Origin: a virus
Taxonomy: Duplodnaviria; Caudoviricetes
Direction: 5' to 3' (one strand)
Virus record (IMG/VR): IMGVR_UViG_3300049141_000026
Span: 1 to 33,528 of that record
DNA length: 33,528 nt
This document shows, one piece after another, positions 1-6,695 of this stretch; within the stretch, counting starts at the first letter, position 1, and every line of letters begins with the position of its first letter. The notes under the pieces were generated by a model. The model was given only the letters and a program-made list of their open reading frames with translations, was not told where the DNA came from and searched no databases. The translations under genes were made by a program, and so were the position numbers.

Positions 1-38
1 TCGCTGTGGCGTGGCTGATCTTCATGTGGCTGGTGTAG
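1..38 (+). CDS. 3' end of a small hydrophobic (membrane) protein, truncated by the window edge
   Basis: The frame from base 3 reads AVAWLIFMWLV*, with TAG at 36-38 abutting the helicase ATG at 39. Confidence 0.45.
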   Translation, partial: AVAWLIFMWLV

Positions 39-872
39 ATGCAGACGCTCTCCCGCTCCGTGACGCGGGGGGCAGTGGGCAAGGAGCCCCTGCCCCCCGC
101 TTTTGCGTCCTGGGAGGCACAGGGGATCAGGTTCCGGCGAGCGTCGGTCTCGATGCTCGCCGGGGTCCCCGGCTCCCACAAGACCCGCATCATGCTGAAC
201 GGCGTGGTGAACATGAGGGTCCCCACCTTGGCGTTCTCCACGGACAGCGACCAGGACACCATCGCCAGCCGGCTGCTGGCCATCAACACGCGCACCCCCA
301 CCTCCGAGACGGAGGACTGGCTGCGTACCGACCCGGACAAGTGCCGGCGCATCCTGTCGGGCTACGACTTCATGCGCTGGGAGTTCATGCCGAACCCGTC
401 CCTGGACGACGTCTGGCTGAGCGCGTACGCGTACCACGAGACCGAAGGCATCTGGCCTCACCAGATCGTGGTGGACATCGCCTCGGACATCGGTCACGAC
501 ACCGGAGACGAGTGGGGGTCCCTGCGAGACCTCATGCGCCAGTCAAAGGTGCTGGCCCGCGAGACGGAGGCGCACGTGCTGCTGGTGCACCACTGCGCCG
601 ACTCCGAGCGCACCAAGCGGCCGTGTCCACGGCGCTCCGACATTCACGGCAAGGTCGCCGCCATCCCGGAAGTGATCGTCACCTGCGGTGTCGATGGCAC
701 GGGCGGCCTGCACGCGGCGTGCGTGAAGAACCGGCACGCCAAGGCGAGCGCGGACGCCGACATCCGCATCCCCATGACGCTGGACGCTGCGACGTCCTTC
801 GTCGGGGACTACGTACCGAACGCACCCCAGCACTCGTACGCGAGCTGGGGTGGAGAGGATGGCTGGGCATGA
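39..872 (+). CDS. DnaB-like (RecA-fold, SF4) replicative helicase/ATPase
   Basis: Walker A GVPGSHKT, Walker B-like IVVD, motif VLLVHH and C-terminal CVKNRH (DnaB KxR arginine-finger motif). It lacks the DnaB N-terminal domain and lies upstream of the primase. Confidence 0.8.
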   Translation: MQTLSRSVTRGAVGKEPLPPAFASWEAQGIRFRRASVSMLAGVPGSHKTRIMLNGVVNMRVPTLAFSTDSDQDTIASRLLAINTRTPTSETEDWLRTDPDKCRRILSGYDFMRWEFMPNPSLDDVWLSAYAYHETEGIWPHQIVVDIASDIGHDTGDEWGSLRDLMRQSKVLARETEAHVLLVHHCADSERTKRPCPRRSDIHGKVAAIPEVIVTCGVDGTGGLHAACVKNRHAKASADADIRIPMTLDAATSFVGDYVPNAPQHSYASWGGEDGWA

Positions 873-1105
873 CCGGTCCCGAGCATTACCGCGAGGCGGA
901 GCGCCTGTTGGCGCTCGGCGAGACCATCAGCGAGCACGGCGGGGATCTGGGACAACTCCTGCCCGCCGCCCAGGTACACGCGACACTGGCCCTGGCTGCC
1001 GCGACCGCGATGAACGACGCGGGAAACGGCATGGCTCAGGTGGACTTCCTGGCGTGGGACAAGGTGGCGGGTGTGCCCCCGAAGGGTGTGACCGTCGATG
1101 ACTGA
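869..1105 (+). CDS. hypothetical phage protein (MTGPEHYREAERLL...AQVHATLALAAATA)
   Basis: ATGA overlap with the helicase stop and upstream GGAGAGG. It resembles a small-protein type common in actinophages. Confidence 0.75.
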   Translation: MTGPEHYREAERLLALGETISEHGGDLGQLLPAAQVHATLALAAATAMNDAGNGMAQVDFLAWDKVAGVPPKGVTVDD

Positions 1106-1295
1106 CCTCATCCTGAAGAAGCTCCGCATGGAGCACGCGGCGCTGGAGTACCGCGCCGAGCACCTGCGCACGCAGCAGCGCGCCGCCATCGCCACCAGCC
1201 CCCGGGCCGCCGCTTTGGGGCGGCAGATCAGGGAGACGCAGGCCCACGCGGACAGCTACGCCGCGCTCATCGAGAAGGCGGAGGAGATGCGGTGA
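1098..1295 (+). CDS. hypothetical coiled-coil protein
   Basis: 65-aa ORF overlapping its neighbours, with high-GC3 codons. Confidence 0.7.
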   Translation: MTDLILKKLRMEHAALEYRAEHLRTQQRAAIATSPRAAALGRQIRETQAHADSYAALIEKAEEMR

Positions 1296-1450
1296 AGGAG
1301 ATGCTGGACTTGATCCGGGACTTCATCGACCCGAACGGGTGCGAGTACGACCACCACGGGAGTTGCCAGACGCACGGCTGGACCACCACCGAGCCCGCAT
1401 GCCCCCACGCCAGGGCCAAGGCCCTCCTGAAGCGCCTGGAGGGCGAGTGA
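1292..1450 (+). CDS. small His/Cys protein (CEYDHHGSCQTHG...CPH), not in the ORF track
   Basis: GTGA overlap with the upstream stop, RBS GGAGGAG, 52 aa; it fills the gap exactly. Confidence 0.7.
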   Translation: MKEMLDLIRDFIDPNGCEYDHHGSCQTHGWTTTEPACPHARAKALLKRLEGE

Positions 1451-1620
1451 GGCGCCGCAGACCCCTGCTGGGGTGCCGCATCAGGCATCGCTGGTCGCGC
1501 TGGGCGTACGTGAAGGTGGACTACGCCGACGGCTACGAGCCCGAGCTGCGCGAGGACATGCAGTTCCGCATGTGCCGCCAGTGCGGCCACCAGGAGCTGC
1601 GAGAGCGGGTCGAGGCGTGA
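1447..1620 (+). CDS. small Zn-ribbon-like protein (C-x3-H...CRQCG)
   Basis: GTGA overlaps at both ends. Confidence 0.65.
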   Translation: MRRRRPLLGCRIRHRWSRWAYVKVDYADGYEPELREDMQFRMCRQCGHQELRERVEA

Positions 1621-2030
1621 GGGTCATCGTCACCGGTTCCCGTCGCTGGAGCGACAAGGCGGCCGTCTGGGACGCGCTGAACGACGTCTACCGGGAGTTC
1701 GGGCCCTTCGTGCTCGTCCATGGCGCCTGCTCCACGGGGGCGGACGCTATGGCACACGAGTGGTTCGAGGTAGCTGCTCGGCTCGTGCGGGTTGACGAAG
1801 ACCCGTTCAAGGTCACCAAGGCCGCCTGGGAGGCACGCGGCCTTAAGGCGGGACCCGAGCGCAATGAACGCATGGTCAAGGCCGGAGCGCAGCTCGTGCT
1901 GGCCTTCCTGGAGCCGTGCTCCAAGCCCCACTGCATCAAGCCCAAGCCGCATGACAGCCACGGCACCGCCGGTTGTGTGGACCTGGCCCGGAATGCGGGT
2001 ATCGAGATTCGGGAGATTCGTCATGGATGA
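1617..2030 (+). CDS. SLOG/YspA-like (DUF2493) nucleotide-binding protein
   Basis: Motifs RVIVTGSRRW, VLVHGAC-x-GAD, AGPERNERM and SHGT are typical of the YspA/DUF2493 SLOG family. GTG start at 1617 is coupled to the upstream stop. Confidence 0.8.
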   Translation: MRVIVTGSRRWSDKAAVWDALNDVYREFGPFVLVHGACSTGADAMAHEWFEVAARLVRVDEDPFKVTKAAWEARGLKAGPERNERMVKAGAQLVLAFLEPCSKPHCIKPKPHDSHGTAGCVDLARNAGIEIREIRHG

Positions 2031-2289
2031 ACCCCACTCCGGTCTGTCGCACGACCTGCCGGCGTACTACCCCAACGACCCGCCCCAGATTCCCTGGAGG
2101 CGGGTCAAGGTCTACAAGGGCATCCTCACTAACCGCTGGCGCTGGGCGCATGACTGCGCCACACACGAGACCGCATGCGGGCAAAGCTACGACTCCCACC
2201 TTCTCGCCCTGGTGGGCGGGCTGGAGCACGCCCGGCTCTGCCTGCGGGCAAGCGTCGTCATGAAGCTCCGGGAAAGGGGCGTGCTGTGA
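2023..2289 (+). CDS. hypothetical protein (MDEPHSGL...)
   Basis: ATG 2023 with GGGAG upstream; overlaps both neighbours. Confidence 0.6.
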   Translation: MDEPHSGLSHDLPAYYPNDPPQIPWRRVKVYKGILTNRWRWAHDCATHETACGQSYDSHLLALVGGLEHARLCLRASVVMKLRERGVL

Positions 2290-2693
2290 GCACCAAGTCC
2301 AAGGCCAAGGGCACGGCCGCAGAGCGGGAGGTGGTGCGCTACCTCCAAAACTGGTGGCCCGCCGCCGAGCGGCGCGCGCTGTCCGGCAACAAGGACAAGG
2401 GCGATGTCGCCGGCATTGCCGACCTGGTCGTGGAGGTCAAGGCGGCTGCCACGCAGCAGCTCGCGGCCTGGTGCCGCGAGACCTGGAACGAGATGGAGAA
2501 CGCGGGCGCGCACACCTGCGTGCTCGTGGTCAAGCGCCCGCACAAGAACGTGGCTCGGTGGGACGCATACGTACCCTACGTCCTGCTTCCTTGGGATTCC
2601 GGGGACAACGAAGGCGAGAAGGGGGCCGAACTGTGGGCTCGTATGGATCTCCGTCTCGCGGTGCTGCTCCTCTCCGAGGAGATGGGTTTCTAG
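2286..2693 (+). CDS. Holliday junction resolvase, Hjc-like PD-(D/E)xK nuclease
   Basis: KAKGTAAEREV...DKGDV...VVEVK signature; GTG start at 2286. Confidence 0.8.
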   Translation: MSTKSKAKGTAAEREVVRYLQNWWPAAERRALSGNKDKGDVAGIADLVVEVKAAATQQLAAWCRETWNEMENAGAHTCVLVVKRPHKNVARWDAYVPYVLLPWDSGDNEGEKGAELWARMDLRLAVLLLSEEMGF

Positions 2694-3049
2694 TCCCCAT
2701 CGCTCCCGTGCTCCAGCACTACGACGTGGAGCTGAACAACGTCCGCTGGGGCGAGGAGCAAGTCTGCTGCCCCGTCCACGGGGACCGACGCCCCTCGATG
2801 CGTGTCAACGCCGAGAAGGGCGTCTTCTTCTGCCACTCGTGCGGTGCCAAGGGCTCCGCCATCAACCTCATCATGCTCATGGAGGGCTGCGACCGTGCAG
2901 ACGCTCACGAACGCGCAGCGGCAATTCTTCGAGAGCGCGGCATCGACCTACCAGAGCGATCTCGCGGCCGATACCAGCGCCCAGGCGTATCTGGCGAAGC
3001 GGGGCTTCAGCCCACAGGACGCCGCTACGTTCCGCCTGGGCGTCGTTAA
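2633..3049 (+). CDS. DNA primase zinc-binding (CHC2) subunit
   Basis: CPVHGDRRPS...FFCHSCGAKG is a CHC2 zinc finger. The start is uncertain (GTG 2633 with AAGGGGG, or GTG 2708). Confidence 0.8.
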   Translation: MGSYGSPSRGAAPLRGDGFLVPIAPVLQHYDVELNNVRWGEEQVCCPVHGDRRPSMRVNAEKGVFFCHSCGAKGSAINLIMLMEGCDRADAHERAAAILRERGIDLPERSRGRYQRPGVSGEAGLQPTGRRYVPPGRR

Positions 3050-3578
3050 CCGCCCCCTGGTGGGCCACGAGGGCTACCGCGGGCGTCTGGTCATCCCGTA
3101 CCTGACGCCCGCCGGCGTGGTCAACATGCGATTCCGGTGCCTCAAGGATCACGTCTGCTCGAAGACGGTGATCTTCACCGACGAGAAGGGGAAGCCCGTC
3201 TACTGCCCCAAGTACCTGTCCATGGACGGGTACGAGTCCAATCTGTACAACGTCCTGGACCTGAAGAAGGACTCGCGCTTCATCGGCATCACCGAGGGCG
3301 AGCTGGACGCCATCGCGCTATCGGTCAGCGGCGTCCCCGCCGTGGGGGTGCCGGGGGTGGAGAACTGGCAAGACCACTTCTCCCGCTGCCTGGCGGACTT
3401 CGATGTGATCTACAGCTTCGCCGACGGCGACACCGCCGGGCGGAAGTTCTCCAAGTTCCTGGCCAGAGAGGCCAAGGCCAGGAAGGCCCCGATCCCGAAG
3501 GGCAAGGACGTCAACTCGATCTACCAGGAGGGAGGAGCCAGTGCAGTCAGGGCGCTCATCGATGCAGAAGTTTCGTGA
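2895..3578 (+). CDS. DNA primase catalytic TOPRIM subunit (DnaG-like)
   Basis: YLAKRG, RLVIPY, PKYL, ITEGELDA, FADGDTAG and KDVN motifs; GGAGG at 2881-2885 before GTG 2895. Confidence 0.85.
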   Translation: MQTLTNAQRQFFESAASTYQSDLAADTSAQAYLAKRGFSPQDAATFRLGVVNRPLVGHEGYRGRLVIPYLTPAGVVNMRFRCLKDHVCSKTVIFTDEKGKPVYCPKYLSMDGYESNLYNVLDLKKDSRFIGITEGELDAIALSVSGVPAVGVPGVENWQDHFSRCLADFDVIYSFADGDTAGRKFSKFLAREAKARKAPIPKGKDVNSIYQEGGASAVRALIDAEVS

Positions 3579-4026
3579 CCCTGTCCGCTCGTTCTTCAAC
3601 AAGATCTCCATGGGCGCCGGCTGCTGGGAGTGGCAGGCACAAAGGGACCGGAAGGGCTACGGCCGACTCAGCGTCGGCGGCAGGAAGGTCTTCGCTCACC
3701 GGTTCGCCTACGAGCTGTTCGTGGGACCGGCAGGCAATCTTCTCGTTTGTCACCGATGCGACAACCCTCGCTGCGTTCGCCCTGACCACCTCTTCGTCGG
3801 TACACACGCCGAGAACATGGCGGACATGAGGGCGAAGGGCCGCCCGGGGCCCAGGCGGCCATCCCCGACTCTCTGTCGGGCTGGCCATGACGACTGGGTG
3901 ATACGTCACCCGAAGAACCGCAAGTTCTCCCGGGAGTGCCGCACGTGCGCCCGCGAACGAAAGAGGAGGAGCTATGCCAAGCTCCACGGGAAATCGGATG
4001 CCGTCCGAGCCCTCATCGAGCAGTAA
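3541..4026 (+). CDS. HNH homing endonuclease (HNH_3-type with C-terminal Cys/His Zn motif)
   Basis: CWEW...GYG...AHRFAY...CHRCDNPRCVRPDHL...N motif, plus CRAGH...CRTC. Start is GTG 3541 (RBS GGAGG) or ATG 3562. Confidence 0.9.
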   Translation: MQSGRSSMQKFRDPVRSFFNKISMGAGCWEWQAQRDRKGYGRLSVGGRKVFAHRFAYELFVGPAGNLLVCHRCDNPRCVRPDHLFVGTHAENMADMRAKGRPGPRRPSPTLCRAGHDDWVIRHPKNRKFSRECRTCARERKRRSYAKLHGKSDAVRALIEQ

Positions 4027-4735
4027 CTGCGCTTGCAGTCACAGCCGCTTCCGGCACCAGGGGCCGGAGACGACCGACGGCAACTGCACGCACCCGGCGT
4101 GCGGCTGCATGGAGTACCGCGCCCGGGTCGTGGACGTGCCCCTGCCAGCGCCGCACTCGTGCCGCAACTGTGAGGACATCGACCCCGAGAGCTGCCTGTT
4201 CAACAGGCCCTGCGAGCACCCCAACGCCGAGTACCTGGGCAGCATCAGCGGCGCCGGCCAGCCGAAGACCAAGCGCTTCCACTGCCCGGAGTGCGACGAG
4301 CGCTACCAGGTGCAGGAGGAGCCGCCGAAGTGCCGCTGGCCGTCCTGCTTGACCAAGGAACAGCAGGGCGAGCTGGCGAAGGAAGTGACTCGCCAGATGC
4401 TGGGCGAGGAGCCCTCGCCCCCGCCTCCAGACCAACGCCTGGTCTGTGGCTGCGTCGAGCCGGAGACCGCCTGCGCCCACTGCGGAGGCGCGCACCCCTG
4501 GGACGCCTGTGCGGCGTACGAGGAGGCGGTGAAGGCCGACGTCCCGCCCCAGCCCGAGCGCCGTCCCCCGTACGCCGTGGCGTACAGCGCCGGGGGCCAC
4601 GCCTACGAGGTGCTGCTGCCCGGCGACGCCAGGGCGGAGGCCGTGGACGGCCGCCTCATCATCGAGCACCCCGGGCTCCAGGTGCTCGGCATCACGCGCG
4701 TCCAGCCCGTACGAACGGAGAACAGCGATGGCTGA
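3974..4735 (+). CDS. Cys-rich multi-zinc-motif hypothetical protein
   Basis: RBS GAGGAGG before ATG 3974; several CxC, CxxC and CxxCxxxH clusters. Confidence 0.7.
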   Translation: MPSSTGNRMPSEPSSSSNCACSHSRFRHQGPETTDGNCTHPACGCMEYRARVVDVPLPAPHSCRNCEDIDPESCLFNRPCEHPNAEYLGSISGAGQPKTKRFHCPECDERYQVQEEPPKCRWPSCLTKEQQGELAKEVTRQMLGEEPSPPPPDQRLVCGCVEPETACAHCGGAHPWDACAAYEEAVKADVPPQPERRPPYAVAYSAGGHAYEVLLPGDARAEAVDGRLIIEHPGLQVLGITRVQPVRTENSDG

Positions 4736-4880
4736 CACCGAGAACGAGACCAACGCCCGCCAGCACATCCGCATCGCGCTGGCGGAGCTGATCGAGGACC
4801 GCGAGCACGAGCACAGCCGCAAGGACATCAAGGCGTTCCTGGACTCCGAGCTGGAGCACGCCATGGGGGATGCGGCATGA
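4728..4880 (+). CDS. hypothetical protein (MADTENETNARQHIRIALAELIEDR...), not in the ORF track
   Basis: RBS GGAG, 50 aa, overlaps both neighbours. Confidence 0.65.
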   Translation: MADTENETNARQHIRIALAELIEDREHEHSRKDIKAFLDSELEHAMGDAA

Positions 4881-5089
4881 GCGCCTGGGCGCGGCTGGTG
4901 AGCTGGGACGGCTCGGACGAGTTCCTGGAGCTGTGCAGCGCCGCCCTGGTCGAGGTGAAGACGGAGCATGCCCGGCGGCTGGCAAAGCAGATCCGATCGG
5001 CAGTGCCGCCCGGCATCACGACGGGCAGCCCGTACACCAGTGGGCAGATGTTCGCAGCCGACCTCATCGACCCGGAGGTGTCGGCATGA
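4877..5089 (+). CDS. hypothetical protein
   Basis: ATGA coupling at both ends; ends AADLIDPEVSA. Confidence 0.7.
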   Translation: MSAWARLVSWDGSDEFLELCSAALVEVKTEHARRLAKQIRSAVPPGITTGSPYTSGQMFAADLIDPEVSA

Positions 5090-5418
5090 CGCTGTCCATG
5101 AAGATGTTCAAGGACAAGGTCCGTTTCGAGTGGACCGACGGCGAGGTTGAGTCCGTCGTGTCCCTCACGGCGGAGGACTCCGAGGAGTCCGCGCTGCGCA
5201 AGCTCAAGCGGGTCATCGCCCTGGTAGAGGGCGGCAGTGAGACGGGGCGGGCTGTGCAGAAGTACCTGGAGGCACTGCCGCGCCCCGCCGGGGCGACGCT
5301 GAACGTCGCTGCTGCCCCGCAGCCCACGAATGGCTGGGCGGCCGTCTACGGCCCTCCTAAGCCGCCGGAGCACTGGGAGGGTCAGGTGGAGATCGTGAAG
5401 CCCGGGGAGGACGCGTGA
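5086..5418 (+). CDS. hypothetical protein (MTLSMKMFKDKVRFEW...)
   Basis: GGAGG RBS and ATGA coupling at 5086. Confidence 0.7.
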   Translation: MTLSMKMFKDKVRFEWTDGEVESVVSLTAEDSEESALRKLKRVIALVEGGSETGRAVQKYLEALPRPAGATLNVAAAPQPTNGWAAVYGPPKPPEHWEGQVEIVKPGEDA

Positions 5419-5663
5419 CGGAGAACCCCGCCCGCAGCGCTGCGTACAGTGCCCTCATGTGGCCCAAGCGCAATTGCAACGGCGACCACAACATGAACGC
5501 CGACGCGGCCAATGCCCTGCTTGACGCCTTCGCCCACGAGCTGGCGGAGAAGCAGCGGCGATGGGCGCGAGGCCAGCACTGGGTGACCTCGCTGGAGCTT
5601 GCGGCAGCGGATCATGTCGCCGATCTGATCGACCCGGAGAAGGAGGGCAGCGATGGCCGCTGA
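5415..5663 (+). CDS. hypothetical protein
   Basis: GGAGG RBS and GTGA coupling; contains AHELAEK...ADLIDPE. Confidence 0.7.
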   Translation: MTENPARSAAYSALMWPKRNCNGDHNMNADAANALLDAFAHELAEKQRRWARGQHWVTSLELAAADHVADLIDPEKEGSDGR

Positions 5664-5877
5664 CCGCGAGTGGTTCACGATCGAGAAGCCGAACGGCGCC
5701 TGGGTCGACAGCAAGGAGTACCCGAACAAGGAGGCTGCCGCGCAGGCAGCCAGGCTCCTTGCTCCGGAGTGCAACGAGCGCCTGACCGTCGTGAAGTACA
5801 CCCGCAAGGAGGTGCGCACCTTCACGCCGACGATCTCCATTACCGAGGCGGACGTAGGCACGGTCACCCCGGCATGA
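5653..5877 (+). CDS. hypothetical protein, last gene of the + operon
   Basis: AAGGAGG RBS, 74 aa. Confidence 0.7.
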   Translation: MAADREWFTIEKPNGAWVDSKEYPNKEAAAQAARLLAPECNERLTVVKYTRKEVRTFTPTISITEADVGTVTPA

Positions 5878-5990
5878 GAGAATGGCAGCTCCCTCTCCAT
5901 AGGGAAGCTGCTCCGTCCGGGCCGGCTGATCCCCGGCCCACCTCTCTCGGAGCACGCAGAAGCCCCCGGCCTTCGGGCCGGGGGCTTTTC
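5878..5990 (+). ncRNA. candidate 3'-UTR-derived antisense sRNA (two-loop)
   Basis: Hairpin 5885-5911 has loop CTCCAT and hairpin 5919-5939 has loop CTGATCC, followed by the terminator. The loops are complementary to those of the repeated early leaders. Confidence 0.45.
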
Positions 5991-5992
5991 TT
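5960..5992. terminator. rho-independent terminator between convergent operons (probably bidirectional)
   Basis: AAGCCCCCGGCC-TTCG-GGCCGGGGGCTT followed by TTCTT, with a C(UUCG)G tetraloop. Confidence 0.9.
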
Positions 5993-6037
5993 GCGTTTGC
6001 CCACCTTTCGGCGTGCTGCCTCGAACAGAGTAGCGAA

Positions 6038-6283
6038 TTACTGCATGAGCTGGAAGACCCCGGCACTGCCGGCCGTGCCGACGGCCGCAGCGGCCATACT
6101 CAGCTTCCAGACCTGGGCCTGCAAGGCGGTGAACTTCACCTTCAGCTCGCCCAGCTCGCGCTCGACCGTGGCAGTGCGCTGGAGCGAGGTGTCCAGCCTG
6201 CCGTTCAGCTTGGCGAAACCCTCATTCACGGCGCCTCTGAGGTCCGCCAGGGCTACCGCCACCGCTCCTGTCTCGTCGTTCAC
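6038..6283 (-). CDS. coiled-coil protein with hydrophobic C-terminus (lysis-cassette membrane protein)
   Basis: GTG 6283 is coupled to the holin stop; heptad-like central part and an apolar tail. Confidence 0.65.
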   Translation of the reverse strand: MNDETGAVAVALADLRGAVNEGFAKLNGRLDTSLQRTATVERELGELKVKFTALQAQVWKLSMAAAAVGTAGSAGVFQLMQ

Positions 6284-6459
6284 GCAGCCGCCTTGCGCTT
6301 GTTGACCACCCAGGACTTCAGGGCGGCCAGGACCAGCGCCAGGGGCGCTGCCCACCAGACGGGCACCTCGGCGAGCGAGGTCACGGCGACGGCCAGGGCT
6401 GTCTCGGCGCCGGTCCAGCCGGAGCGCTCCGCGATGTCCAGGTACTGCTTCAGTTCCAT
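6280..6459 (-). CDS. holin-like membrane protein (MELKQYLDIAERSGWT...WWAAPLALVLAALKSW), not in the ORF track
   Basis: 59 aa with two hydrophobic segments, an ER..WT N-terminal motif like actinophage r1t-type holins, a basic tail and RBS GAGGGAG. Confidence 0.7.
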   Translation of the reverse strand: MELKQYLDIAERSGWTGAETALAVAVTSLAEVPVWWAAPLALVLAALKSWVVNKRKAAA

Positions 6460-6461
6460 GT

Positions 6462-6695
6462 CTACTCCCTCAGTGATGGGGGCCGGAGGCGGTCCAGCGC
6501 CTCGGCTGTGGCCCGGTCCAGGACGCCTGTCACCGGGAGCTTTGAGTACTGCTGCAAGGCCCGCAGATGGGCCTTGGTGGCGTCATCCATCTCGCCCGTC
6601 TCGTCCAGCAGGAGCGCCCGCTGCACGACGCGGATGGACTCGCGCTCGGAGTCGTTGGCGGGGGCGATGATGACGCGCTCGGGGGGCCAGGTCAT
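6462..6695 (-). CDS. stand-alone peptidoglycan-binding (PG_binding_1-like) protein
   Basis: IRVVQRAL...TGEMDDATKAHLRALQ...LPVTGVLDRATAEAL matches the three-helix PGBD pattern. ATG 6695 overlaps the nozzle stop. Confidence 0.7.
   Translation of the reverse strand: MTWPPERVIIAPANDSERESIRVVQRALLLDETGEMDDATKAHLRALQQYSKLPVTGVLDRATAEALDRLRPPSLRE

Noticed and set aside
5876-5950. Three-way junction with CTGAT considered as a hammerhead ribozyme
   Set aside because: It lacks the CUGANGA and GAAA core in junction positions, and CTGAT sits in a hairpin loop.
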